A stretch of 64,000 bases of DNA, from the sequence record ON286972. One strand, written 5' to 3'. The DNA comes from Escherichia phage A4. The number at the start of each line of letters is the position of its first letter. The first letter of the stretch is position 1. Below the pieces are notes generated by a model, which saw nothing but the letters and a program-made list of their open reading frames with translations, was not told where the DNA came from and made no database searches. This document shows, piece after piece, positions 19,134 through 29,412 of the stretch. A program made the position numbers and the translations under genes.

Positions 19134-20542
19134 AAAGTAATTTAGAAAATATACGCAAAAAAGCCGATAATTTAGTACTATGTTGTATAGGGGCTTTATT
19201 TGCTGTTACTTTAGTTTCCGGTGTTGTTCATGGTAGTTTTATTATTGCACTTATCGGTGCAGTTTTATTATTAGTAATGCTAACTCCTTTACTATTTGTT
19301 GAAAGTAATGCATTCACTCGAACGTTATTAAGTATAAATGTGATGTGCTGGAGTGCGTTACTAATACATCTTGGCTTAGGGATGGTGGAATGGCACTTTA
19401 CAGTTTTTGTCTTTTTAAGTTTATTGATTGTATGGCGTGACTGGCGTTGTGTATTAGCAGGTTCAGTACTGATAGCAATACATCATTTATTATTTGGATT
19501 GTTGCAGGGTGCTGGAATTCCAATATTATTCGTGTTTTCTTTTCACCATATTTCGTTATGGCACATTATAGAGCACGCAATATATGTAGTAGTACAGGCA
19601 ATAGTTCTGATGTACGTTGCGTACATTATGGAGAAAGATGCAAATGAAGCAGATGAAATTCAACGAATTGCAAGATCAGTGAATTCTGAAGACGGCAATA
19701 TTACTTTAGAAATACAAAATAATCATTTCAACTCCGAATTTGCACAGACTTTTAGTAAAACAATATCAGCTATGCGTGAGGCAATTGAACAAGTACAAAT
19801 TACAGTTCAGTCAATGAAAAGCAACTCCTATCATCTCGAAAGTAAAAGTAATGATTTAGCTTTCAGAACTGAAACACAAGGACAGGCACTCACTCAAATC
19901 GCTGCTGCTATGGAAGAATTAAGTGCTACATCTGCAAATACATCTGATAACTCCAATACTGCAAAAAGTATGGTTAAAACTACAAAAGAATCCAGTACTA
20001 ATGCAATTGAAAGTATTAATAATTGCAAAGAGCAGATGAATAGAATTAAGGAAGATTCTAATGCTATAGTTGCTATACTCAAAAATATAGAAACTATTGC
20101 TTTCCAGACTAATATTCTTTCTTTAAATGCAAGCATTGAGGCTGCTAAAGCGGGTGAACATGGACGTGGATTCTCTGTTGTTGCACAGGAAGTTCGTAAC
20201 TTAGCAATGAAATGTGATACATGTAGTAAAGAAATTAAAGAAATCGTTGATAACTCCGTAAAAAACAACAACCAAGGAATTGAACAAATCAACGAGACAG
20301 CAAGTGATATTGATTCTATTGTAAAAAATGTTGATTCTCTCTTGCAGTTCATTGATGATTTAGCTATAATGGCTGAACAACAAAGTATTGCAATCCTTCA
20401 GGTCACTGAGAGTGTTAATATGATGGACCGTTCAGTACAGCAAAATGCGGAGCATGTCAAGGACACAATGCTGATGGTAGACAATCAACAGTCTGAAGTA
20501 CATGCTTTACAAAAAGCCACTTCGATTTTTAACGTGAAATAA
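19130..20542 (+). CDS. methyl-accepting chemotaxis protein-like membrane sensor
   Basis: C-terminal [37 protein letters not shown] matches the MCP signalling-domain core; N-terminal ~170 aa has 6-7 hydrophobic helices with paired His; TTG start with GGAG RBS. Confidence 0.85.
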   Translation: MKSNLENIRKKADNLVLCCIGALFAVTLVSGVVHGSFIIALIGAVLLLVMLTPLLFVESNAFTRTLLSINVMCWSALLIHLGLGMVEWHFTVFVFLSLLIVWRDWRCVLAGSVLIAIHHLLFGLLQGAGIPILFVFSFHHISLWHIIEHAIYVVVQAIVLMYVAYIMEKDANEADEIQRIARSVNSEDGNITLEIQNNHFNSEFAQTFSKTISAMREAIEQVQITVQSMKSNSYHLESKSNDLAFRTETQGQALTQIAAAMEELSATSANTSDNSNTAKSMVKTTKESSTNAIESINNCKEQMNRIKEDSNAIVAILKNIETIAFQTNILSLNASIEAAKAGEHGRGFSVVAQEVRNLAMKCDTCSKEIKEIVDNSVKNNNQGIEQINETASDIDSIVKNVDSLLQFIDDLAIMAEQQSIAILQVTESVNMMDRSVQQNAEHVKDTMLMVDNQQSEVHALQKATSIFNVK

Positions 20543-20548
20543 TTTTAA

Positions 20549-20576
20549 AGCCAGGGTATTGACTCTGGCTTTTTTC
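20549..20576 (+). terminator. rho-independent terminator
   Basis: Hairpin AGCCAG..CTGGCT followed by TTTTTTC directly after MCP stop. Confidence 0.5.
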
Positions 20577-20615
20577 TTTGCTATTATTTTAATATTATTT
20601 AACCGAGGATATCAT

Positions 20616-21170
20616 ATGGACAATTACCTATTAATCTTACAAATTTACAACGAACTGGGAAAACTTCTTGAAACGTGTAATTCACCGGGACGTAAATTAA
20701 GAATCGGTTTCGATTATGAAATTGAATACACAGGAGAGGGTATTGCAACGCAGCAGATGTTCACAGAAGAAAATAAAACTATTCTGTGCATTTACCCACA
20801 TGAAGGTGATGAGGAAGACTGTGTTGTTGATTTTTCATATGACAGTTCTTGGGCTTTTATTTCACGTAATCCTCGAATGAAAGAGGCAGTGGATTACAAA
20901 GAACCATCATATGATCCTATTGCGTTGTTCAGTACTGAGAATTTAGAAGAACAAAATTTCCAGAGTTCTGTAACTCACGATAAATTAATCACTGATGCAC
21001 TTACGATTGAAGCTTTAGCACGTAACTATAAATTTGATTTCAATCTCAATAATTATTATATGTCATATAGTGCAACAGCATCATTACTCACTGATGATCA
21101 ATTAGTAGTATTACTCAAGGACTTGAAAAACTACGCACAAACGAGAAAAGAACATGAAAACACTAATTGA
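20616..21170 (+). CDS. hypothetical protein, FQxS-motif paralog family
   Basis: Motif QNFQSSVTHDKL; ATG 20616 downstream of terminator preferred over track start 20559. Confidence 0.55.
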   Translation: MDNYLLILQIYNELGKLLETCNSPGRKLRIGFDYEIEYTGEGIATQQMFTEENKTILCIYPHEGDEEDCVVDFSYDSSWAFISRNPRMKEAVDYKEPSYDPIALFSTENLEEQNFQSSVTHDKLITDALTIEALARNYKFDFNLNNYYMSYSATASLLTDDQLVVLLKDLKNYAQTRKEHENTN

Positions 21171-21726
21171 TATTTTTAAAGTACTAGAAGAACTTACTCA
21201 TAAGTTAGATGAACAAAAAAGAACTGAGAATATTTTTCATTACTTCAACAATCCAATGTACCGATTAGTTTTTGATTGCAGTACTTTGTATCGTTATGCT
21301 AATATCCAAATACAACACTGCATTCAACATAAAACCAAAAATATATGGTCAGTTGATGCTTCTTATGTGGCATCAGGCAGAGAGAGTAAATTTCTGGGTT
21401 CAGTTTCTGATTGTAGTCTTACGGTTAATAAACTTAAAGAAACTAACGAATTAATCGTCAGAAATTTGTACGATGATTATTATGATGATGAAGAATATCT
21501 TCATATTGCACCTGAGCTACAAAATCCAGAAGAGCGAGAAGCATATCTTTTCCAGTTGTCGTTGCTTCCTGGTTATGATATGATAGCTAAAGCTGATTTT
21601 GTATATCAACTATCAATGCAACTTGGTAGTGGGGAGTGTTCTGCTTTCAATAATCTATACAATGAAAGTACTGAAACACAAGAAGAATTATTGGAGGAAT
21701 TAAATGCATTTCTCAAATCTTTATAA
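21154..21726 (+). CDS. hypothetical protein, FQxS-motif paralog family
   Basis: Motif YLFQLSLLPGYD. Confidence 0.55.
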   Translation: MKTLIDIFKVLEELTHKLDEQKRTENIFHYFNNPMYRLVFDCSTLYRYANIQIQHCIQHKTKNIWSVDASYVASGRESKFLGSVSDCSLTVNKLKETNELIVRNLYDDYYDDEEYLHIAPELQNPEEREAYLFQLSLLPGYDMIAKADFVYQLSMQLGSGECSAFNNLYNESTETQEELLEELNAFLKSL

Positions 21727-22282
21727 TTACATGTCCGAAGAGTATCAATATTACACTAAGATGGTTTTGAAAGTGAATGCTATTCTTAATAGTGATTTAT
21801 GTAAAACTAAAAAGACATTTAATCTCCCATATATGCGTTTGGCGATTACTAAAGACCAGGAAGGTATGTATGATCATGCAGTAGTTTTGATGAATGATCT
21901 ACGTGTCTTTCTGATAATTAAGTACAATAAAGAAGATTTAACCAATAACGATGGGTACATTAACTACGATTATATTATTGGAGGAAATGCTGAAGTTCCA
22001 GGGACAAGTGAATTTGCAGGGATTGTTATTTCAGGTAAAAAAATTCCAAAGATTAATCTTAACAGTAGTACTATAGAAGAAGAACTATTCCAGTTAAGTA
22101 CTATGTACAGTACTAACGAATTGGATTTATTACTTTTCAGTACAATCGTCAATCATGAACTGGATAAGAAAGACAAATACTGTCCATTACAACAAATTGT
22201 TCATCGTTTTAAACGTAGTGAATTTAAAAGAATTCATGAAGGTCTGGACAGTCTTATCAACAATACTGGGGAGTTCTCATGA
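21704..22282 (+). CDS. hypothetical protein, FQxS-motif paralog family
   Basis: Motif ELFQLSTMYSTNE. Confidence 0.55.
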   Translation: MHFSNLYNYMSEEYQYYTKMVLKVNAILNSDLCKTKKTFNLPYMRLAITKDQEGMYDHAVVLMNDLRVFLIIKYNKEDLTNNDGYINYDYIIGGNAEVPGTSEFAGIVISGKKIPKINLNSSTIEEELFQLSTMYSTNELDLLLFSTIVNHELDKKDKYCPLQQIVHRFKRSEFKRIHEGLDSLINNTGEFS

Positions 22283-22839
22283 AATATAGTCTTTACAGTA
22301 GAGGAAAGTTTCTTGAGAAGTTCATTGAAGATTGTGTAGCTGCACTGAGTTTAATTCGTGAAGGTGAATACATTAAAGTCAATCACACTGTACTAAGAGA
22401 TCTTAATTTTTTTCTGAGTGGTGATTTGAATAATGATATGCACTTCACAATAACGTACAACCACAAAGATATCATTGAAATCAATACACAACAACGACAC
22501 ATAAAAGAATACACCCGATTACGCAATACCAAGACAAAGCGTGTAGTAATCAAAAAAGGTGATGTAGAGTTGATGTGTAAAGATAGTACTGCAATAGATA
22601 TCAGTACTTACTTCGATAATGAAGAAGATATGGATTGTGATTGCTTCCAGAAGAGTTTAATTATTGATGATCCGTATGTACTGTACGGTGCAGTACTGGC
22701 TCCGTTCTGTCAGAAGAACTTACCAGATGGATGTACGGTTGAATTGAACTTGACAGAACTCATGAATGATGATATATTTGAGTACATGAGTACTAACTCC
22801 AAGGCAATGATTGAACATATTAAGGCAATCCAATGTTAA
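22279..22839 (+). CDS. hypothetical protein, FQxS-motif paralog family
   Basis: Motif DCFQKSLIIDDPY. Confidence 0.55.
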   Translation: MKYSLYSRGKFLEKFIEDCVAALSLIREGEYIKVNHTVLRDLNFFLSGDLNNDMHFTITYNHKDIIEINTQQRHIKEYTRLRNTKTKRVVIKKGDVELMCKDSTAIDISTYFDNEEDMDCDCFQKSLIIDDPYVLYGAVLAPFCQKNLPDGCTVELNLTELMNDDIFEYMSTNSKAMIEHIKAIQC

Positions 22840-23318
22840 ATCCAGCAGACGTTATTAAATTTTGTAAAATTCTTGAGAAGTATTCTCATAAATTTGTGCA
22901 CGAAGTACAGATAATGATTGATGGCATTCCCTTTAACTTCGTGAAAAACAACGACATTATATCTGTGTTCTGTGGCTCATGGACATTTTGTGAACTCAAC
23001 TGTCAAGAATCTCAAAATGTTATTGTGAAACGAAACATGATCCTATCAAGGGAAAGTTCAGTATTCATTGAACCAAGTGGTGAAATCATATACGAGAAAA
23101 AGAACGGCGACAGAACTTTAGATGATTTTATGGCTGAATTGAGCCTTGATAATGAGTTTCATAGAAATGCAGTTCTGATACATAGTGCTATGGTGCATGA
23201 AACTAATTTAAATTCTATATCAATTAATTTCGGTGTTTATTCTTATTACAAATTTACATTTGATATGATATTTCAAACACTTAACAAACATCCTATATTC
23301 TGGAAATGCAATGAATAA
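22833..23318 (+). CDS. hypothetical protein (possible degenerate FQxS member)
   Basis: ORF in array; motif position degenerate. Confidence 0.45.
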   Translation: MLNPADVIKFCKILEKYSHKFVHEVQIMIDGIPFNFVKNNDIISVFCGSWTFCELNCQESQNVIVKRNMILSRESSVFIEPSGEIIYEKKNGDRTLDDFMAELSLDNEFHRNAVLIHSAMVHETNLNSISINFGVYSYYKFTFDMIFQTLNKHPIFWKCNE

Positions 23319-23769
23319 AGACGATTACGAATTACTGAAAAAGTTAATCCAGTACTGCCTCAATGAACTGGATAATGGTAAAGCTCGAAAATCAGGTTCA
23401 TGGTTTGATGTAAGCTATCCATCAGACGGCGATGATATGATGACATTATGGTCAAATGAAAGATACATTGATTATAGTGTAATGGATAATACTACTATAG
23501 ATTATGTCAATGACAATGTATGGTATTTCAATACACAGTTAATCATTGATATTAAAAGTATAGATTTAAGTACTGAGATTGATGAAGCAACCATATTTCA
23601 ATTAAGTACTTTGTATTCTGATGAAGTGATATATCCGTTATTACTTCTCCTACAGTTGAGAGCCATTGCAGCGGAACGTGGTTTCACATCCATATCATTT
23701 GCTCATGACATTGATGTACGAAGAGCAGAAATTACAAAATTAGTTGAGGGATATGATGGAACACTTTAG
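23311..23769 (+). CDS. hypothetical protein, FQxS-motif paralog family
   Basis: Motif TIFQLSTLYSDE. Confidence 0.55.
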   Translation: MNKDDYELLKKLIQYCLNELDNGKARKSGSWFDVSYPSDGDDMMTLWSNERYIDYSVMDNTTIDYVNDNVWYFNTQLIIDIKSIDLSTEIDEATIFQLSTLYSDEVIYPLLLLLQLRAIAAERGFTSISFAHDIDVRRAEITKLVEGYDGTL

Positions 23770-24247
23770 TACTAAAGACTTTGTGGAATTGCATAAAATT
23801 CTTGAAGAAAAATATATCAATGAACAATATGGTCGATTCGAACTGGCTCCAGATATTATTCTTAAAATACAAAAAGATGGTATGATCAGAGTTGTATTTG
23901 AGCAGAAAAGAGGTTTAGACCATGACATTTTCATGCTCTTTGATAGCAATAGTCCTATCTATGATGCACCAAGTTTCGATACAAGCACCATTGGTTCACA
24001 ATCCGCAGTCTTTCATCCAGGAACTACTGTTGTAAAAATCGATGGTGTAGATTGCAACATGCGACCTGTATCATTGGGTGAAATTGATGAAGTTGAATTT
24101 CAGAACAGTACTGTGAATAATTATAGTGCAATGTTCACCTACATGTGCTATCTTAACAGTACTTGTTGCAAATTTCTTATGTACACATCGTATGTAAATG
24201 AAGATGAAGTACTACACTATGTATTGAAAAAACTAAGAGAATTATGA
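23744..24247 (+). CDS. hypothetical protein, FQxS-motif paralog family
   Basis: Motif VEFQNSTVNNYS; start uncertain. Confidence 0.5.
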   Translation: MRDMMEHFSTKDFVELHKILEEKYINEQYGRFELAPDIILKIQKDGMIRVVFEQKRGLDHDIFMLFDSNSPIYDAPSFDTSTIGSQSAVFHPGTTVVKIDGVDCNMRPVSLGEIDEVEFQNSTVNNYSAMFTYMCYLNSTCCKFLMYTSYVNEDEVLHYVLKKLREL

Positions 24248-24248
24248 T

Positions 24249-24851
24249 ATGATCATTGACATGCCTATTCTTAATAAAATGCTTAACCCTGTCATTACGT
24301 TAGCTAAAAGTATTTCTAATAATGAAAAGTTGCATCTCCCATACTCTATGTTAACGTATGCAACTGATTTTTACAGGATTGAAATCTCGGCATGTGAACA
24401 ACGAATTACACTAGCATTCAAACGCCTTGGTGCTGGACTTGCAAATGATTTTGATATTTCACTGATACTTCATGGTGAATTAGAAGATAGTAAAATTCTG
24501 TCCTATGAAAGAATTCTTCGCAGTACAAATGAAATAAAATTATTCAAAACATTTTCACATTATAATGGTTCTGATGTTTCATATTATTTTGATAAGGATT
24601 CATTTAAGAATATCAAAAGTGTTGAAGTGAAAGATTTCAGCGAAGAATGGTATTTTCAAAATACATTAATTCATTCTTTACCTTCATATGAAGAAATGAA
24701 GATGAACATTGATCTTTATGAAAAATTAAAATCAGAACTGAAATGTAATTTTCTATTATCAATGAACTACAAAAAGATCAGTACTGATGTGGTATTAGAA
24801 GATGAACTAATGAAACGAATTTGGTCTGCTATACCAGTTATTAAGGAATAA
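24249..24851 (+). CDS. hypothetical protein, FQxS-motif paralog family
   Basis: Motif WYFQNTLIHSLP. Confidence 0.55.
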   Translation: MIIDMPILNKMLNPVITLAKSISNNEKLHLPYSMLTYATDFYRIEISACEQRITLAFKRLGAGLANDFDISLILHGELEDSKILSYERILRSTNEIKLFKTFSHYNGSDVSYYFDKDSFKNIKSVEVKDFSEEWYFQNTLIHSLPSYEEMKMNIDLYEKLKSELKCNFLLSMNYKKISTDVVLEDELMKRIWSAIPVIKE

Positions 24852-24853
24852 TA

Positions 24854-25393
24854 ATGCACATTGCAACATTATCAAATACTAAAGAATTTGAGCTATGGCC
24901 TGAGAAAGTTAACAGCTTACGTCAGCGTTATGTTAATTTCTGCCGTGGCATCAGGAAAGCCAGTAGAATGTCACATTCACTAAGCATGTCAATTGATGGT
25001 TGTGTTATGAATGCAGATAAGAACCGTTTGTACGTTGAATCATACAGTTCGCAAGCTCTGTACATTATGCTTCATGCTGGTACACAAATCCCACAGAATT
25101 CGATTGGTTGTTATTCAATTACATGGTCTGGACGAAAGTCTACTAAATTATATCCGTGCAAAAGAAACGACCAATCGTTCAGTGTTGATATTAATTACTG
25201 TGAGTACACTGAAGAAGAACACTTTCAGCACAGTACTCTTCATGATATCATTGAGTACAATGAATGCATCAATGTACTGGATAAATGTTATGATTTAGAA
25301 CATAATACTGGTATCGTTGTAGTTAATAATTGCTTTTTTGATAGTGATGTACTTGATACATTAGATTATTTTTTAGAGGGTTACAATGACTAA
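24854..25393 (+). CDS. hypothetical protein, FQxS-motif paralog family
   Basis: Motif EHFQHSTLHDII. Confidence 0.55.
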   Translation: MHIATLSNTKEFELWPEKVNSLRQRYVNFCRGIRKASRMSHSLSMSIDGCVMNADKNRLYVESYSSQALYIMLHAGTQIPQNSIGCYSITWSGRKSTKLYPCKRNDQSFSVDINYCEYTEEEHFQHSTLHDIIEYNECINVLDKCYDLEHNTGIVVVNNCFFDSDVLDTLDYFLEGYND

Positions 25394-26003
25394 CATTAGA
25401 ACAGAGTATGTTAAGTACGAGAAAGCACTACGTGATTTACTAAACATTGCACCGGATTTAATTAGAGCTAAACAAACACTATTTGACAAGTACGGTCCGA
25501 AAAGTGAACTCAAGCTATCAAAAAAGGGAAAACCCACACAATATACAACGCTGTATAATAGATATAGCGTTGGGATTTGTAATATCTATACAGATGAATT
25601 AGTACTGGAATTAACCCAAGACGATGATGAAGAAGCACATGATTTATTTCCTGAATTTGAAGAGTGCATGTTTAGTCCAGGTAATCCAGTGTTTTTAACC
25701 TTAAATGATGGAAGAAAAACGCTAAAAGAATCGTTCATCACATATGATGCCAAAACTAAAACACTAATGGATATTGAATCTGGGTATAAGACTGATCTGA
25801 AATCACTTGAAGATTGTAAGGGTGCATTGTTTCAGATGGGTGTAATCACAGAGGTTACCACTACACCAGAAGAATTATGGCTTATGGTTTCAGTACTGAA
25901 TGATTGGTACAAAGTGAAGAGTCTACGAAATATGTTCATTTATATCAAGCCTGATTGCATCAAGAAAGAAACACTAATTAACAATATGGTAATACCTGAA
26001 TGA
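25386..26003 (+). CDS. hypothetical protein, FQxS-like
   Basis: Motif ALFQMGVITEV. Confidence 0.5.
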   Translation: MTNIRTEYVKYEKALRDLLNIAPDLIRAKQTLFDKYGPKSELKLSKKGKPTQYTTLYNRYSVGICNIYTDELVLELTQDDDEEAHDLFPEFEECMFSPGNPVFLTLNDGRKTLKESFITYDAKTKTLMDIESGYKTDLKSLEDCKGALFQMGVITEVTTTPEELWLMVSVLNDWYKVKSLRNMFIYIKPDCIKKETLINNMVIPE

Positions 26004-26599
26004 AAAAAGATCCCAATGAAGACTTAATCAATTCTTTAAGTACTATCAAAGATTTGTGGTTACGATATCGTGGATTGTATAGTGTTAAAGATACAGAAAA
26101 TAACATACTCCAAAGTCTTAAAATCACGATTCGAATGCAATTCAAAAATGGAATGGCAGTTGATGTTGAGATGAACAAAACTGGAGTTTATGTATATGAT
26201 GGTTCTCGAACTGCAATCTTTATGGCAGAATTCATAGATGAAGACTGTAATCTATATTGTTCATACGACATTGAAAGTGGTGATATCGAAATGTTCGCTA
26301 ATGAACCTATCCTGCTCCGTTTCACTAAATCATGGAATGAAGATTACATTATATATCAAAATGGAGGCTTCTTAAATTCCGATGAGGAACCCATCGATAA
26401 CATAGAAGAAATGGCATTCCAGAGCAGTACTGTTAACGATGATGCATTATCTTATCAAGAAATCCTTGACACAGTGAATGGTTATGATAAAATACAGGCT
26501 GCAATGAAAGAGAACGGTATCTGTTATCTTACAGTACTGGACAAACTCTTCTACGATGAACTGTGTTCGTACCTGAACTGTATTCTCACTGAGGATTGA
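26000..26599 (+). CDS. hypothetical protein, FQxS-motif paralog family
   Basis: Motif MAFQSSTVNDDA. Confidence 0.55.
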   Translation: MKKDPNEDLINSLSTIKDLWLRYRGLYSVKDTENNILQSLKITIRMQFKNGMAVDVEMNKTGVYVYDGSRTAIFMAEFIDEDCNLYCSYDIESGDIEMFANEPILLRFTKSWNEDYIIYQNGGFLNSDEEPIDNIEEMAFQSSTVNDDALSYQEILDTVNGYDKIQAAMKENGICYLTVLDKLFYDELCSYLNCILTED

Positions 26600-27015
26600 T
26601 GATGATTCTATACCATGCAAGTACTGTTAAAATTGACAACTTCTACATTCCTTATGGTGGTTTACATATGGGAGGGAAGCATAGTGCTCTTGAGGCTGCG
26701 TTACGCAAGCTGAGAAGCCCACTGAACGTTGTTGATGCTGACATGGTGTACTTGCATACCTTAGAAGTTGACGTTGATAACGTGCTTCTGTGTGAGGATA
26801 TGGGTAGTGATGACGAATGGCGTTCACTTATTGAGTATTGTGATACTGAAGGTTACGATGCAGTTCAGTACAAGAATGAATACGAGCCGGACAATGTTCC
26901 TAGTTATATGATTTGGGATACATCTAAAGTTCGTATTGTTGAAGTTGATACTATGCATATGGATGAAGCTGAAATGATTATCGAAGATTTTCTTGATGAA
27001 TATGAAGGTGTATAA
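26596..27015 (+). CDS. hypothetical protein (not of the FQxS family)
   Basis: Acidic 139-aa ORF interrupting the array; no family motif. Confidence 0.5.
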   Translation: MMMILYHASTVKIDNFYIPYGGLHMGGKHSALEAALRKLRSPLNVVDADMVYLHTLEVDVDNVLLCEDMGSDDEWRSLIEYCDTEGYDAVQYKNEYEPDNVPSYMIWDTSKVRIVEVDTMHMDEAEMIIEDFLDEYEGV

Positions 27016-27539
27016 TGACTGATCCAATGACAGTACTGGTACGTACTAAGTTACTATTGAAGATTGGTGAGATTTTCACAGATCTTATGCACAATCAAAT
27101 TGATATTACAGAACTAGATATTAAGCAACCGTGGGAAATTACAAGGTTCTCGGCGTTCCACCGATTGTCATATAAAGGTGAAACTGTTCTTGATTTTAAT
27201 CACAAAGCACAATTCCTGGATTATGCCGCGTTGTACCGAAATAATTATTCAGGTTGTATAACCAATAACTTCAAAGAAATAAAAGTACAGATTGAATCAA
27301 TTGAATTTAACGAATTACTATATCCAGAATTTAAGTTAACTGAAGAATCTATGTTTCAGTACTCACTAATTCTAAAAGATCTAGAAACTCTAGAGTACTA
27401 CAGAGAGTTAGTAGATATTTTTATGAATGTTCGTCTTTCAAAAGATATTGTGATATTCTGGTATACAGAGCGTATTACAGAGGAAGTACTTGAAGAATTT
27501 CTCGTAAATATGACAGCTATTAAGGAGAATTTATGTTAG
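27015..27539 (+). CDS. hypothetical protein, FQxS-motif paralog family
   Basis: Motif SMFQYSLILKDLE. Confidence 0.55.
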   Translation: MTDPMTVLVRTKLLLKIGEIFTDLMHNQIDITELDIKQPWEITRFSAFHRLSYKGETVLDFNHKAQFLDYAALYRNNYSGCITNNFKEIKVQIESIEFNELLYPEFKLTEESMFQYSLILKDLETLEYYRELVDIFMNVRLSKDIVIFWYTERITEEVLEEFLVNMTAIKENLC

Positions 27540-27997
27540 ACATTTTAGGAAACATTGATACGGTAAACTTTTTTATTCAAGACGCTATTATCAATATCAC
27601 ATCAAAGCCAATCCAAGTTAGAAGTAACTTTTATAGTGGTGATGGTTATATGGTTGATATTGTTGAAGTTAAGAAAAATGTTTTCCAAATCAATATTCTC
27701 ACCCAAACGAGAACACAGATTTCTCGTATCATCATTAATAAAGATGAAGCCGTCATTCGTTATAATTCAAAATTTATGATGTTCTTTAAAAAGAAAACTG
27801 GTATGTTCAGTACTAATCTCTTTGATGAATCATTTTATTCAACCGATGTGGAATCTACCTTCTTCACACAAAGTACATTTATCAAATTTGATAGTATTGA
27901 GTTCGATTCAAATATCATGTCAGAAACATTACAATGCCTAAAGGTATTACATAATGAATTTACCAACTTTATCGATAGCCGAAACAAGATTAACTAA
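27533..27997 (+). CDS. hypothetical protein, FQxS-like (degenerate)
   Basis: Motif position reads FFTQSTFIKFD. Confidence 0.45.
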   Translation: MLDILGNIDTVNFFIQDAIINITSKPIQVRSNFYSGDGYMVDIVEVKKNVFQINILTQTRTQISRIIINKDEAVIRYNSKFMMFFKKKTGMFSTNLFDESFYSTDVESTFFTQSTFIKFDSIEFDSNIMSETLQCLKVLHNEFTNFIDSRNKIN

Positions 27998-28412
27998 TAT
28001 AAATGAATTAGTTAATGCTATCTTATCATGCAAATTAAAAATTGATACCAAATGTAAGTACAATGGTATTAATTTATACAAATTAAAATATTCACGAATA
28101 CATAATTCAGTAAAATACATTTACGGTACTAGTCAAATCATCTTTGAAACGGTTACAGTGAACAGTAAATTACTTATTGATGTTTATATCAGTAATAAGA
28201 TTAAAAATTCACAAAAAGTGTTGACAGTTTCTTCTGATAATGTTACTATGTTTGATACCAACAATAAGAAGTTAGATATTGATTTAGATGTTATTCTTGA
28301 TGGTGACTTATTCCAGTACGAGTGTATTGGTCTAAATAATCCATTTGATAAATCAGTACTAGTCAATTTAATCAAACATATTAAGGGTATTTTAGATGAA
28401 ACTAACAACTGA
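27954..28412 (+). CDS. hypothetical protein, FQxS-like
   Basis: Motif DLFQYECIGLNNP. Confidence 0.5.
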   Translation: MNLPTLSIAETRLTNINELVNAILSCKLKIDTKCKYNGINLYKLKYSRIHNSVKYIYGTSQIIFETVTVNSKLLIDVYISNKIKNSQKVLTVSSDNVTMFDTNNKKLDIDLDVILDGDLFQYECIGLNNPFDKSVLVNLIKHIKGILDETNN

Positions 28413-28896
28413 TATGAAACTTTGCATTTCTTTGATTATGCGTTCATTCGATGACAAAAGGACAAGTAAAGTTACTATCACCAATGACCATTTACAATGC
28501 AGTACACTCAATAGTACTGTAGTTTTCGGATTACATAGCCTCCGTTTGACGATAGTAAATAATATTGACAATACGGCGATGTGTATTACCCCCTGCCACG
28601 TTCAGGATGAACATGGTGTTTATCTTCACCACATGGGGACTTCGTATTTCATTTTCAATGAAGAAAAGGGAGTACAAAAAGACTTTAACACGTTGTGCGT
28701 AGACGGCGGTGAATTGTTCCAGATGGGAACTTTATATCAGTGTGATTTTACTGATACATCTGAAGTACTTCCATTATTTCTTGATCTCATTAAGAATTTA
28801 GGTTCATTTACTGGTCGCTATAACAAATCATTAAAGGCACAGGCAATTCAAAATATCTCGGAAGCAATAGAATATTACGAAAACGCTGTGTCGTAA
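28396..28896 (+). CDS. hypothetical protein, FQxS-like
   Basis: Motif ELFQMGTLYQCD. Confidence 0.5.
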   Translation: MKLTTDMKLCISLIMRSFDDKRTSKVTITNDHLQCSTLNSTVVFGLHSLRLTIVNNIDNTAMCITPCHVQDEHGVYLHHMGTSYFIFNEEKGVQKDFNTLCVDGGELFQMGTLYQCDFTDTSEVLPLFLDLIKNLGSFTGRYNKSLKAQAIQNISEAIEYYENAVS

Positions 28897-28936
28897 CACC
28901 AGCACATGGATGTGCGATGACGATCAAGGATAGATC

Positions 28937-29410
28937 ATGGAGATTAAAACTGTTGAAAACGGAAAGATTGATGACATTTTAGAGTTGGACGCTTTCAAAG
29001 TGCATGATATAATGTTTAACGTAAGAGACATTATCCAATGCCTTTTCTTGTGCAGCAAGTCAATGTATGAACATTTCCATTGCCCACGTACTAATATTTT
29101 TATACTAACTATCAGTACTGAAAACTCATTTATCATGGGTATTCCAATGAATACAAATGAAGAATATATTGATTGTGTTGTTCGTAATGATCCTTCTATC
29201 ACACCACAGAGTGAAGTGCATAAGAAGAAAAATACATATACTATTAAAGACGATAAAATTATGTTGTGCGTGACCAAGGGTTTTCTACTTGACAACTTCA
29301 TAATCAAAGATAGTTATCATGACTTTAAAGTATCTGAGAAGCAAGTCAATGTAGTTCTATATGCAAGTGATATCGAGAGCCTTACAGTGAAAGATCCAGA
29401 CCTGGAGTAA
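28937..29410 (+). CDS. hypothetical protein
   Basis: ORF-track ORF; Cys/His-containing, no motif recognised. Confidence 0.5.
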   Translation: MEIKTVENGKIDDILELDAFKVHDIMFNVRDIIQCLFLCSKSMYEHFHCPRTNIFILTISTENSFIMGIPMNTNEEYIDCVVRNDPSITPQSEVHKKKNTYTIKDDKIMLCVTKGFLLDNFIIKDSYHDFKVSEKQVNVVLYASDIESLTVKDPDLE

Positions 29411-29412
29411 TT

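Noticed and set aside
19894-20352. 152-aa minus-strand ORF inside the MCP-like gene
   Set aside because: Lies antisense within the conserved signalling domain of a confidently called gene; low-complexity translation; no RBS context. Similar antisense ORFs (for example 11133..11462, 6726..6968, 54084..54410, 61086..61421) were rejected for the same reason.
1-28896. FQxS motif read as a TEV/3C-type protease cleavage site (ExxYxQ|S)
   Set aside because: The conserved Ser is two positions after Gln, not adjacent, and the motif sits inside a longer conserved domain core (..FQxSTVY..WYF..FYxDL). A structural motif is more likely than a processing site, though not excluded.
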